Origin: Scyliorhinus canicula
Taxonomy: Eukaryota
DNA length: 64,000 nt
Reading direction: 5' to 3'
Assembly: GCF_902713615.1 (NCBI RefSeq)
Contig: NC_052147.1
Span: 166,388,410 to 166,452,409 of the forward strand
In this document: piece by piece, positions 23,636 to 35,391 of the stretch
Layout: each line of letters starts with the position of its first letter
How positions within the stretch are numbered: the stretch's first letter is position 1
Made by a program: the position numbers and the translations under genes
Notes under the pieces: generated by a model
What the model was told of the DNA's origin: nothing
The model's input: the letters and a program-made list of their open reading frames with translations, nothing else
Databases searched by the model: none

Positions 23636-26555
23636 TAGAACATATAACATAGAATATTACAACGCAGTACAGGCCCTTCGGCCCTCAATGTTGTGCCGAC
23701 CTGTGAAACCACTCTGAAGCCCATCTACACTGTTCCCTTATCATCCATATGTTTATCCAATGACCATTTAAATGCCCTTAATGTTGGCGAGTCCACTACT
23801 GTTGCAAGCAGGATATTTCACGCCCTTACTACTCTCTGAGTAAAGAACCTACCTCTGACATCTGTCCTTTATCTATCTCCACTCAATTTAAAGCTATGGC
23901 CCCTCGTTCTAGCGATCACCATCCGAGGAAAAAGGCTCTCACTGTCCACCCTATCTAATCCTCTGATCATCTTGTATGCCTCAATTAAGTCACCTCTTAA
24001 CCTTCTTCTCTCTAACGAAAACAGCCTTAAGTCTCTCAGCCTTTCCTCATAAGATCTTCCCTCCATGTCAGGCAACATCCTGGTAAATCTCCTCTGCACC
24101 CTTTCCAATGCTTCCACATCCTTCCTATAATGCGGTGACCAGAACTGCCCGCAATACTCCAAATGTGGCCGCATCAGAGTTTTGTACAGCTGCAACATGA
24201 CGTCATGGCTCCGAAACTCAATCCTTCTGCCAATAAAAGCTAACACACCGTACGCCCTCTTAACAACCCTCTCAACCTAGGTGGCAACATTCAGGGATCT
24301 ATGTACATGGACACTGAGATCTCTCTGCTCATCCACACTACCAAGAATCTTACCATTTGGCTCGTACTCTGTGTTCCTGTTACTCCTTCCAAAATGAATC
24401 ACCTCACACTTTTCTGCATTGAACTCCATTTGTCATCTCTCAGCCCAGCTCTGCAACTTATCTATGTCCCTCTGTAACTTGTAACATCCTTCTGCACTGT
24501 CCACAACTCCACCGACTTTAGTGTCATCTACAAATTTACTGACCCATCCTTCCAGGCCCTCCTCCAGGTCATTTATAAAAATGACAAACAGCAGTGGCCC
24601 CAAAACAGATCCTTGTGGTACACCACTAGTAACTGAGCTCCAGGCTGAACATTTCCCATCAACCACCACCCTCTGTCTTCTTACAGTGAGCCAATTTCTG
24701 ATGCAAACTGCTAAATCACCCTCAATCCCATGCCTCTGTATTTTCTGCAATAGCCTACAGTGGGGAACCTTATCAAACGCTTTACTGAAATCCACATACA
24801 CCACATCAACTGCTTTACCCTCATCCACCTGTTTGGTCACCTTCTCAAAGAACTCAATAAGGTTTGTGAGGCACGACCTACCCTTCACAAAACCGTGTTG
24901 ATTATCCCTAATCAAATTATTCCTTTCTAGATGATTATAAATCCTATCTCTTATAAACCTTTCCAAGACTTTGCCCACAACAGAAGTAAGGCTCGCCGGT
25001 CTATAGTTACTGGGGTTGGCTCTACTCCCCTTCTTGAACAAGGGGACAACATTTGCTATCCTCCAGTCTTCTGGCACTATTCCTGTAGACAATGACGACA
25101 TAAAGATCAAACCCAAAGGCTCAGCAATCTCCTCCCTAGCTTCCTAGAGAATCCTAGGGTAAATCCCATCCAGCCCAGGAGACTTATCTATTTTCACACT
25201 TTCCAGAATTGCTAACACCTCCTCCTTATGAACCTCAAGCCCTACTAGTCTAGTAGCCTGTATCTCAGTACTCTCCTTGACAACATTGTCTTTTTCGTGT
25301 GTGAAAACTGATGAAAAATATTCATTTAGCACTACTGTCCTTGACTGACCCTACTCTTACCCTAGTCATTCTTTTATTCCTGACATACCTATATAAAGCT
25401 TTAGGGTTATCATTGATCCTACCTGCCAAAGACTTCTCATGTCCCCTCCTGGCTCTTCTTAGTTCTCTCTTTAGGTCCTTCCTAGCTAACTTGTAACTCT
25501 CGAGCGCCCTAACTGAACCTTCACGTCTCATCTTTACATAAGCCTCCTTCTTTCTTTTGACAAGTGATTCAACTACTTTAGTAAATCACGGTTCCCTCAC
25601 TTCCTCCCTGCCTGACATACTTATCAAGGACACGCAGTAGCTGTCCTTGAACGAGCTCCACATTTCGATTGTGCCCATCCCCTGCAGTTTCCTTCCCCAT
25701 CCTATGCATCCTAAGTCTTGCCTCATCGCATCGAATCATAATTGCCTTTCCCCCAGCTATAACTCTTGCCCTGCGGTATATACCTATCCCTTTCCATTGC
25801 TAAAGTAAACGTAACTGAATTGTGACCACTATCACTAAAGTGCTCACCTACCTCCAAATCTAGCACCTGTCCTGGTTCATTACCCAGTACCAAATCCAAT
25901 GTGGCCTCGCCTCTTGTTGGCCTATCTACATACTGCGTCAGGAAACCCACCTGCACACATTGGACAAAAACGGACCCATCTAAAGTACTCGATCTATAGC
26001 ATTTCCAGTCAATTTTTGGAAAGTTAAAGTCCCCCATAACAACTACCTTGTAACTTTCACTCCTATCCAGAATCATCTTTGCAATCCTTTCCTCTACATC
26101 TCTGGAACTTTTCAGAGGCCTATAGACAACTCCCAACAGGGTGACCTCTCCTTTCCTGTTTCTAACCTCAGTCCACACTACCTCAGTGGACGAGTCCTCA
26201 TCAAACGTCCTTTCTCCCACCGTAATACTGTCTTTACGGACAGAGGAGATCTTATACCACCTTCCCTGAGCTTACTGAAATATCTAAACCCCGGCACCTG
26301 CAACAACCATTCCTGTCCCTGCTCTAGCTATGTCTCCGAAATGGGCACAACATCGAAGTCCCAGGTACCAACCCATGCTGCAAGCTCACCCACCTTATTC
26401 CGGATGCTCCTGGCATTGAAGCAGACACACTTCAAACCACCTTCCTGCCTGCCAGTACACTCCTGCAACCTTGAAACCTTACTCATGACATCACTACTCT
26501 CAACCTCCTGTATGCTGGAGCTACAATTCAGGTTCCCAATGCCCTGCTGAATTAG
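23636..26555 (-). mobile_element. CR1 LINE, near-complete ORF2, disrupted
   Basis: [79 protein letters not shown] and a (TATGTTC)n-type tail; several stops. Confidence 0.92.
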
Positions 26556-26820
26556 ATGGTGAATGAACATTCTCCTCAACTCCCCTCTAATTCTTTTGTT
26601 AATTACTTTAAATCTATGTCCTCTGGTTAACTGGTTGAACTCTCTGTTAACTGGAATAGCTCCTTTTAATTCACTCTATCTAGGACTCTCAAAAAGTTAT
26701 CAGTCTCAATTAAATCTCTTCACAGTCTCTGCCAACCAATCCAATTCCTCCTTGTGGCTAAAATTCTCAAGTCATGGCAACAGTCTCATAAATCTCCTCT
26801 CGAGTGCAATCATAAATGTT

Positions 26821-27048
26821 TTGTTTTATAAATTTAGAGTACCCAATTCATTTTTTCCAATTAAGGCGCAATTTAGCGTGGCCAATCCACCTACCCTGCA
26901 TATCTTTTGGGTTGTGGGGGCGAAACCCATGCAGACACGGGGACAATGTGCAAACTCCACACGGACAGTGACCCAGAGCCGGGATCGAACCTGGGACCTT
27001 GGCACCGTGAGGCTGCAGGGCTAACCCACTGCACCACTATTCTGCCCT
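26821..27048 (-). mobile_element. V-SINE, short tail type ii, with 14-bp TSD
   Basis: TSD CAATCATAAATGTT at 26807-26820 and 27049-27062. Confidence 0.85.
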
Positions 27049-27136
27049 CAATCATAAATGTTAATGTGAATAATCATCTTTGGCCAAAATGAAATATGAA
27101 AGCACAGGATACCAGAATTTTGTCCGTTTAGCAAAA

Positions 27137-27340
27137 GGGGGATTCTCCGCCCCACCCACATACCTCCGCTGCCTGTTACTCGGCACTGGAAGGCAGGCTG
27201 CCATTGGCTGGCAACGGGATCTTCTGATCCTGCCGCCATCAATGGAATTTCCCATTGAATCCATCCCCTGCTGCCGGGAATGGTGGTTCACCATCGGCGA
27301 ACCGGAAGATCCAGCTGGGAGGGATGGCCAGAAATCTCCC
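27137..27340. mobile_element. Short Harbinger-type MITE, degenerate
   Basis: GGGGGATTCTCCG ... GAAATCTCCC-TAA ends; interior similar to 45311-45481. Confidence 0.55.
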
Positions 27341-27715
27341 TAATCTTTGAAATCCATTATGTTTATTCCTGATATCGTGTGTGTTCTTCATGTGGGCAAC
27401 TGTTAGAATTAGTTTTATCATTTTCCCAACTACAGATGTAAACTGCCCCATAATTTCCAGGTTCATGTTTTGCTACAATGTTCAATATCATGCCAATAGA
27501 TTTGCCCTTGTTTTTGCAGCTGAATGATTAGACCAGCAAAAATCAATCTAACTTGCAGCCGCTTTTCTTTGTCCCAAATTTGATCAACTTGGGTGCTACA
27601 CTGCACTGTTTGAAATAGAATTGGGTGACTTTACTGAAATAATTATTTCAAAAGTAAAATGGAATCCTGACAAAGGGAAAATACAGCACTCGTATTCTTT
27701 GTTTCTTGTTCGTGT

Positions 27716-27891
27716 AACAATTAAAATGGCAGAGAAGCAAAAGGGAAAGAACTGATGGCACATTATATATTTCAGGTGTTTTCTACAAAGAGTGTGACAT
27801 GTGTTTTGTTCATTTTTGCTGATTTTCAGTCCAGAAACATTATAATGACAAAGTACAACCCAAAACGACCTTTCTGTCCAGCTTATAAATA
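27716..27891 (+). promoter_or_regulatory. gamma-crystallin gene 2 promoter
   Basis: AACAATTAAAATG 27716-27728, GTGTTTTGTT 27801-27810, TGCTGATTTTCAGTC 27817-27831, GACAAAG 27847-27853, TATAAATA 27884-27891. Confidence 0.75.
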
Positions 27892-27950
27892 CCGATCTGT
27901 GTGAAGCAGTGAAACATTCAGTCAGCTACTCAGCTAACCGTGAGCTCAAA

Positions 27951-30900
27951 ATGGGAAAGGTGAGGTAAACTTGTATTTTGTGACATTGCAATCATTTGCT
28001 GAATGGTTTATAGTTTAAGAAATTGATTTACATTCACATGTTTTTTCAGATTATCTTTTACGAGGACAGGAACTTCCAGGGTCGGCACTATGAGTGCAGT
28101 AATGACTGTGCTGACCTCCACTTTTACTTCAGCCGCTGTAACTCCATCCGTGTCATGAGTGACTGGTGGGTGGTGTATGAGAGACCCAATTACATGGGAT
28201 ACCAGTATGTTCTGAGCAGGGGAGAATATCCTGACTATCAGCGCTGGATGGGATTCAATGACAACATCAAGTCATGTCGCTCCTACCCATATGTAAGTTA
28301 ACTGTTTGATATTTTGTGTTCGTAGAAATGTAAGAACTGGATAAGGCTGGTTTGTCCCTCGAGCCTGTCCTGCTATTTAAGTAAATTATGGTTGATCTGT
28401 TTCAAGCCATCATCGAGCTTCTGTAACCTTTAATTCCCTTGCCTAATGTAAATGTCAGTTTTGAATATTTCAATTGCTCTAGAATCAACAACCTAATGGG
28501 TGATAGATATTTAGATTGTCACTATCCTTTTTGTACTTTCTGACATCATCTGAGTGGCCCGGCTTTAATGCTATGGCCAATCTTATTCTGGCATCTCCCA
28601 CCAGGGGATCTATTTGCTTTCTAACTTATCAATTTCCTTAATCATCTTAAAGACAACTTTTATTCAATAAAATACCAGCCTAATCTATGAAATCTGCCCT
28701 TATGATTTAACCCTTTTAACTCCAGCATCATCCTGCATTTCATTCAAAGCCAATATATCTTTTCTTTAGTGCTGTGCTGAGGCCTGAATTTGTACTTCAG
28801 GCGGGGTCTCGCCATAGCTCTGTACAGCTGTGGCATCATTTCCTACCCTTTATATTCTAACCCTTTTAGTGCAAAGTTCAGTATTCAACTTCCCATGGGG
28901 AGGTGGTGGCATCCCTGGGAGGTGGTAATGTCAATGAGCTACTAATCCAGAGGGCCAGGTTAATGTTGCGTGGACATGGGTTTGAGTCCCACTTTGACAG
29001 CTGGTGGGATTTTGAATTCCCTTCCAAGTTGCACACCATCCTGACTTGGAAATGTATCGCTGTTCCTTGAGTGCCGCTGGGTTAAAGTTCTGGAACTCAC
29101 TCCCTATAACACCACTGCGGGTTTACCTACACCACATGGACTGCAGGGTTCAAGGAGACAGCTCCCAACCACTTTCTCCATGCCAATTAGGTATGGGCAA
29201 TAAAAATGCTGGCCTAGCCATCTATGCCCCCATCCCATGAAAATAATTTTTAAAAATACTTAATCGGCCAAGTTTTTTGCCACTCACTTAACCTATTTGC
29301 ATCCCTTTGCAGACTCTCCACCTCCTCTTGACAGTTACTTTCCTAGTTTACTCGGTGTCATTGGCAAATTTAATTGCCATACATTCAGCCTCTTCATCTA
29401 AGTCTTTGAAGCAGATGGTAAATCGTTGAGGCCCCAGTGATAATCCTTGGCACTCCAATAATTCTAGTTTGCCAACCTAAAAAGTTACCATTTAGCCCTA
29501 CTCTCTGCTTCCTGTTAGATGGAGAAGTGAATTCCAAAGATTAGCAATCATCTGAGAGAAGAAATTCCTCCTTATTTCGATCTTGAATGGGAGGCCTCTT
29601 ATTTTTAAACTGTGTCTCTAATTCTAGATTCCTGGACAAGGGAAACATTCTGTCAGCATCTACCCTGTCAAACGCCTCAGAATCTTACATGTCTCAATAA
29701 GATTGCCTCTCCTTCTTATGACATTCAATGAGTACAGACCCAATCTGTTCAACCTTTCATCCTAGTTTAGTCTCAGAAACTTGCCAGGGAGAGGGCTGGA
29801 GTTGATAACTCTGGAACAGAGTTTGGACCAAAGACCAAAGACTTAGGTTGTTCATATTTAATTGGAGGAAATTTCTGCTTATCTATTTCTGAGTGTTTGA
29901 GAAATAGTCTGATTATTTAGCAACAGTAGTGGTGGGGAGTAGAGCTGGGTATTGTGTGTGTATATAAAAACTAACACCCTGTCTTACTGTGAGAAAAAAA
30001 ATTCTCCTTCGGCTTTCATCAATTAATTAATTGATGGGATGACGGTGTCACTAGCTAGGCCAGCATCTATTGCCCATCCCTAATTGTCCTTGAGAAGGTG
30101 ATGGTGAGCTGCCTTCTTGAACTGCTGCGCTCCTAAATCTGTGACATTTACCTACCAAGACGCTTGAAAAGGGAGACAGTTTCTTCTTACCTGTTTGATT
30201 GAAATGCTTTATTAACCTTCTTTGCTTTAAGGAGAAGAACCCTAACTTCTCCAATCTCTCATATGAACTGAAGTCTTTCATTCCTGGGATTGTCATCTAA
30301 ACTTCCTATGCATCCATTCCAGAGCCTTGACATTCTTTCATAAAATGTTGGGCCAGAATTGTACATTTAATATGAGGCCAAACCAGAGATTTGTAAAGGT
30401 TGAACATGACTATCTTGTTTTTTGTAGTCAGCGCCCCCAATTACAAAGCAAAGTATCGCACACACTTTTAAAGCCTCACCGTCTTGCTGCGCAACCAGAA
30501 GGATTTCTGAGTATAGAACCCCAGGCCCGCTGTCCTTCTACACTCCCCTCCAAACTCCCATTTCGATTATATTGCCTATGTACTTCAACTTATGTCCCAA
30601 TGTGCTTCAACTTAAACTTATCAACATTAAACTGCATTTCTCAAGTATCAACCCATTTCACCAACTATTTTCTCCTGAGGTTTGCCGCTACTCTGTGCAC
30701 TATTAACTATATTGCCAAATTGCATATCAGCCACACAGCCAAAGTCTGTCATTTATATACAGCAAAGAACACAAGTCTCATAATACCTGGTGCACCCCTT
30801 TCATTTCAATTAGGAAAACATCCATTCACTACCACTTTGTGCCTCTATTCCCCTAACCAACCACATATCTAAGTTTACTCTGTTTCTTTAAGCCATGTGC

Positions 30901-32064
30901 TGCAAATTTCCAAATTAGTGATGTTATAACACCCATGAGACCCACAGGGACCACTCGATCGATCTCCCTCTGGTGCTCGTGGAATACTGAGGAGTGGAGG
31001 CCTCACAGAGGGGCTTGTTAATTCCCTGAGGTTAAAACTAGCCCATAAGGGACCCAGCTTCTCAGGATGGTCCCAGCTGGGATGAGATGTGCTCTTCCCC
31101 ACTGTGCAGTCTTAGTAAGAAACAAACTTCTTGGACTTACCTTTTTAGGACTCCTCATTGACTGTCGTAAGTTACTATGTGGTTCTCCATCAAATGTCTT
31201 TTGAAAGTTACCTGTGAGCCTGTCATGTTCTTACAGGCTACATACATACAACCAATTTTTGAAATAGAGAAACCAATAGATCAGAAAAACCAATTCCCCG
31301 CATAGACCAATGAGAATTTCTCCAAAATTGTTACTGTTTTGTTCAATAAAACTAACCAAGAGAACCATGATGGACAGAAGGATCCATTGCATTCAACTGG
31401 TTAAGAAGATTTTAAGAAATTGCTTCAACTTTTCATTCATTATTATTGACTTAATTTGATTTGATTTATCGTCACGTGCACCGAGGTACAGTGAAAAGCA
31501 TTGTTCTGCATACAGTCCAGACAGATCGTTCCATACATGAGAAAAACATAGGACATACATATATACACACTGTAAATACAGAGACGCAGGCATCGGGAGA
31601 AACAAATGGAGTGTAGTGCTACATTGATATTATTGATCAGAATTATTGATTATAATTTTATTATTGATTATAATTTTATTATTGATTACTGATACAATTT
31701 AAACCTACAAAACCTCCCTCTCTCACATATCCTCCTTACTGAATATATATTCACAAATGTGAGGACTAATAGTTAACTTCTATTACAGAACCGAGTAGGA
31801 AACTACAGGATGAGGATTTACGAGAGGCCTGACTTTGGAGGACAGATGATGGAATTCATGGATGACTGTCCATCTGTCTACGATCGTTTCCGTTACCGTG
31901 ACATCCACTCCTCCCATGTGATGGATGGTTACTGGATCTTCTATGAACATCCCAACTACAGAGGCCGACAGTACTTCATGAGACCCGGAGAATACAGGAG
32001 ATTCAGTAACTGGGGCGGCTACAGTTCAACTATTGGATCTTTCAGGCGAATGAGAGATTTTTAG
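27951..32064 (+). CDS. cryg: gamma-crystallin gene 2, 175 aa; join(27951..27959,28050..28292,31789..32064)
   Basis: ATGGGAAAG|GTGAG; exon 2 [16 protein letters not shown]...KSCRSYPY; exon 3 [16 protein letters not shown]...FRRMRDF*; all introns GT-AG. Confidence 0.95.
28050..28292 (+). CDS. cryg: gamma-crystallin gene 2 exon 2
   Basis: tttcAG|ATTATC ... CCATAT|GTAAGT, 243 nt. Confidence 0.95.
31450..31625 (-). mobile_element. Rex/Babar-type LINE 3'UTR fragment in intron 2 of gene 2
   Basis: (ATTTG)n then GTCACGTGCACCGAGGTACAGTGAAAAG; similar to 62870-63050. Confidence 0.7.
31789..32064 (+). CDS. cryg: gamma-crystallin gene 2 exon 3
   Basis: ttacAG|AACCGA, 276 nt to TAG. Confidence 0.95.
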   Translation, partial: NRVGNYRMRIYERPDFGGQMMEFMDDCPSVYDRFRYRDIHSSHVMDGYWIFYEHPNYRGRQYFMRPGEYRRFSNWGGYSSTIGSFRRMRDF

Positions 32065-32112
32065 ATTGCTGTAAGATATGATTTTATTCTTGCTGAAGGA
32101 TTTCTGAACATT

Positions 32113-32118
32113 AATAAA
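32113..32118 (+). terminator. polyA signal of gene 2
   Basis: AATAAA 48 nt after the stop codon. Confidence 0.75.
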
Positions 32119-34512
32119 ATATCTTTACTTTTTAAGGGTTATTTTAATTCATTTTGTTTTGGATTCTCTTACAATCATCTATGAACTACAATATCCTTGC
32201 CTGGATGTTAATGAGCACATTTGTAACAGGAATTGGGAGCAATAGGTCAGAAGTTGAAATAACTGAGGGGGAACAAGAGAATAGGGTCAGTAAGACTCAG
32301 AGGAAGAGCAAGACAGGGAGATATTGTTGAACACAGCGGGACTGGTGGTCTGAAGTGTATTTGTTTCAATGCGAAAAGTATAACAAGTAAGGCAGATAAC
32401 CTAGAGCTTGGATTAGTACTTGGAACTATGATGTTGTTGCCATTACAGAGACTTGATTGAGGGAGGGACAGGATTGGCAACTAAACATTCCAGGATTTAG
32501 ATGTTTCAGGCAGGACAGAGGGGGATGTAAAAGGGATGGGGGAGTTGCCCTACTGGTTAAGGAGAAGAGCACAGCTGTGGATGTTGCCTCCATGGACTTT
32601 AGTAAAGCATTTGATAAGGTCCCTCATGGCAGGCTGGTGCAAAAGGTTAAATCGCACAGGGTCAGGGGTGTACTGGCTGGATGGATTCAGAACTGGCTTG
32701 GCCATAGAAGACAGAGGGTAGCAGCGGAAGGGGGTTTTTCCAAATGGAGGTCTGTAACTAGTGGTGTTCCGCAGGGATCGGTACTGGGACCTCTGCTCTT
32801 TGTAATATATATAAATGACTTGGAAAAAAAACGTAGCAGGTCTGATTAGCAAGTTTGCAGATGATACTAAGATTGCAGGAGTTGCGGATAGTGATGAAGA
32901 TTGTCAGAGAATACAACAGGATATAGATAGGCTGCAAAATTGGGTGGAGAAATGGCAGAGGGAATTTAACCTGAACAAATGCGTGGTGAAGCATTTTGAG
33001 GAATCCAATTCAGGTAGGAGGTATAAAATAAAAGGCAGAACCATCAGGAGCATCGTCACACAGAGAGATCTGGGCGTGCAGGTCCACAGTTCCTTAAAAG
33101 TGGTGGAAATGGTGATAAAGATAAAGCCTCCAACTGTTCACCCTATCTGCGTGGGTTTCCTCTGGGTGCTCTGGTTTCCTCCCACAGTCCAAAGACGTGC
33201 AGGTTAGGTGGATTGGCCATGCTAAATTGCCCTTAGTGTCCAAAAAGGTTAGGAGTGGTATTGGGTCATGGGGATAGGTTGGAAGTGAGGGCTTAATTGG
33301 GTGGGTGCACTCCCGATGGGCCGAATGGCCCCCTTCTGCTCTGTTTGTTCTATGTTCTATGAAAGCATATGGCATGTTTGCCTTCATAGGACGGGGTATC
33401 GAGTATAAAAGCTCGCAAATTATATTACAGTTATATAGAACATTGGTTAGGCTACATTTGGACTACTGTGTCCAATTCTGGTCACTACACTACCAGAAGG
33501 ATGTGGAGGCTTTGGAGCGAGTACAGAAAAGGTTTACCAGGATGTTGCCTGGTATGGAGGGTATTAGCTATGAGGAGAGATTGAATAAACTGGGATTGTT
33601 CTCCGTAGAGAGACGGAGACTGAGGGGTGACCTGATAGAAGTTTATAAAATTATGGGGGGTATAGATAGGGTGAACAGTTGGAGGCTTTTTCCCAGGGCA
33701 GAATTGACAATTATAGGGGGGGGGGGGGGGACAAGTTCAAGGTGAAAGGGGATAGGTTCAGTGGAGATGGGTGAGGGAATTTTTTTACACAGAGGGTGGT
33801 GGTGGCCTAGAATGCATTGCCTAGTGAGGTGGATGCGGCAGATACGTTAGCGACCTTTAAGACTTATCTGGATAGAGATACGAACAGACGGGGTATAGAA
33901 GGATATAGGCGGTTGGTCTAGCTAGGACGCGTGATCGGCGGAGGCTTGGATGGTCGAAGGGCCTGTTACTGTGCTGTATTGTTCTTTGTTCTAGTTCTTT
34001 GTACTGCAGGTGGACACTTCAGAGGGCTCATGAAGCGAGGCTATATGGGTAGAGCTCAGGAATAAGAAGGCTGCAGTCACAATGTTGGGGGTTTACTACA
34101 GGCCTCCCAACAGCCAAAGGGAGATGGAGGAGCAGATATGTAGGCAGATTTTGGCAAGGTGTAAAAGCAACAGGGTTGTTCTGGTAGGGGATTTTAACTT
34201 CCCCTATATTGACTGGGACTCACATGGTGTTCGGGGCTTGGATGGGGCAGTGTTTGTAAGGAGCATTTAGGAAGACTTTTTGAAACAACGTGTAGATAGT
34301 CCAACTAGGGAAGGGGCCATACTGGACATGGTATTGGGGAATGAGCTTGGCCAGGTGGTCGAAGTTTCAGTAGGGGAGCATTTAGGGAGCAGTGACCATA
34401 ATTCAGAAAGTTTAATGCACTGCTAGTTAAAGATAAGAGTATTCCTCAGGTGAAGGTGCTGAATTGTGGGAAGGCTAATTATAAAAATATTAGCCAGGAA
34501 CTGAAGAATCTA

Positions 34513-35205
34513 AGGTGGGATTCTCCAAACCCCCGCCAGGTTGGAGAATCCCCGGGGGGGGGGGGGGGGGGGGGCGTGAATCTCAGCCCGCCGCTGGCTG
34601 CCGAATTCTCCGGGGCCGATTTTCGGGCGGGGATCACGCCGCGCCAGTCGGGGGCCGTTGGCAGCTGCCCCCCGGAAATTCTCCGGGCCCTGATGCGCCG
34701 AGTGGATGTCAATTCCTGGCCAGTCTTGCCGGCCAGAAATGGACATGGTCCATCACAGTGGGACCTGGCTTTTAGGCCGGCTAGGTGAGCCCTCGGGGGG
34801 GCACCGGGGGGATCCGGCCCCGGGCGACGCCCCCATGGTGGCCTGGCCTGCGATCGGGGCCCCCCGACCTGCGGGCGGACCTGTGCCTTGGGGGTACTCT
34901 TTCCTTCCGCGCCGGCCTCTCTCGGGCTCCGCTATGGCCAACGTGGAGAAGAACCCCCTGCGCATACGCAGGAACACGCTGGTCGGTCAGCACATGCGCG
35001 GAACCACACCGGCAGTTCTGCCGCATGCTCCAACTCACGCCGGCCCTTTGCCGCCGGTTGGCGTGGTGCCAAGCCCTCCACCGCTGTCCTAGCCCCTGGA
35101 AGTGCAAAGGATTACGCACCTTCTGGTCGGCCGAGGGCGGAGTTGTTCGCGCCGTTCTTGGTGCTGGCATTGGGCCATCCAGCCAGTTGCGGAAGAATCC
35201 CGCCC
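34513..35205. mobile_element. Harbinger-type MITE with CTA TSD
   Basis: AGGTGGGATTCT ... AGAATCCCGCCC; CTA at 34510-34512 and 35206-35208; removal restores the CR1 frame LKNL|DWGQM. Confidence 0.85.
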
Positions 35206-35391
35206 CTAGATTGGGGACAGATGTCTGAGGGTAAATCAACGTCTGGCATATGGGAGGCTTTCAAATGTCAGTTGATAGGAATTCAGTACCAGCACGTTCC
35301 TGTGAGGAAGAAGGATAAGTATGGCAAGTTTCGGGAACCTTGGATAATGAAGGACATTGTGAGCTTCGGACAAAAGAAAAAGGAAGCATTT

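Noticed and set aside
31622-31695. AT-rich short tandem repeat (ATTATTGATTATAATTTT) before exon 3 of gene 2
   Set aside because: Ordinary slippage repeat with no counterpart in the paralogs.
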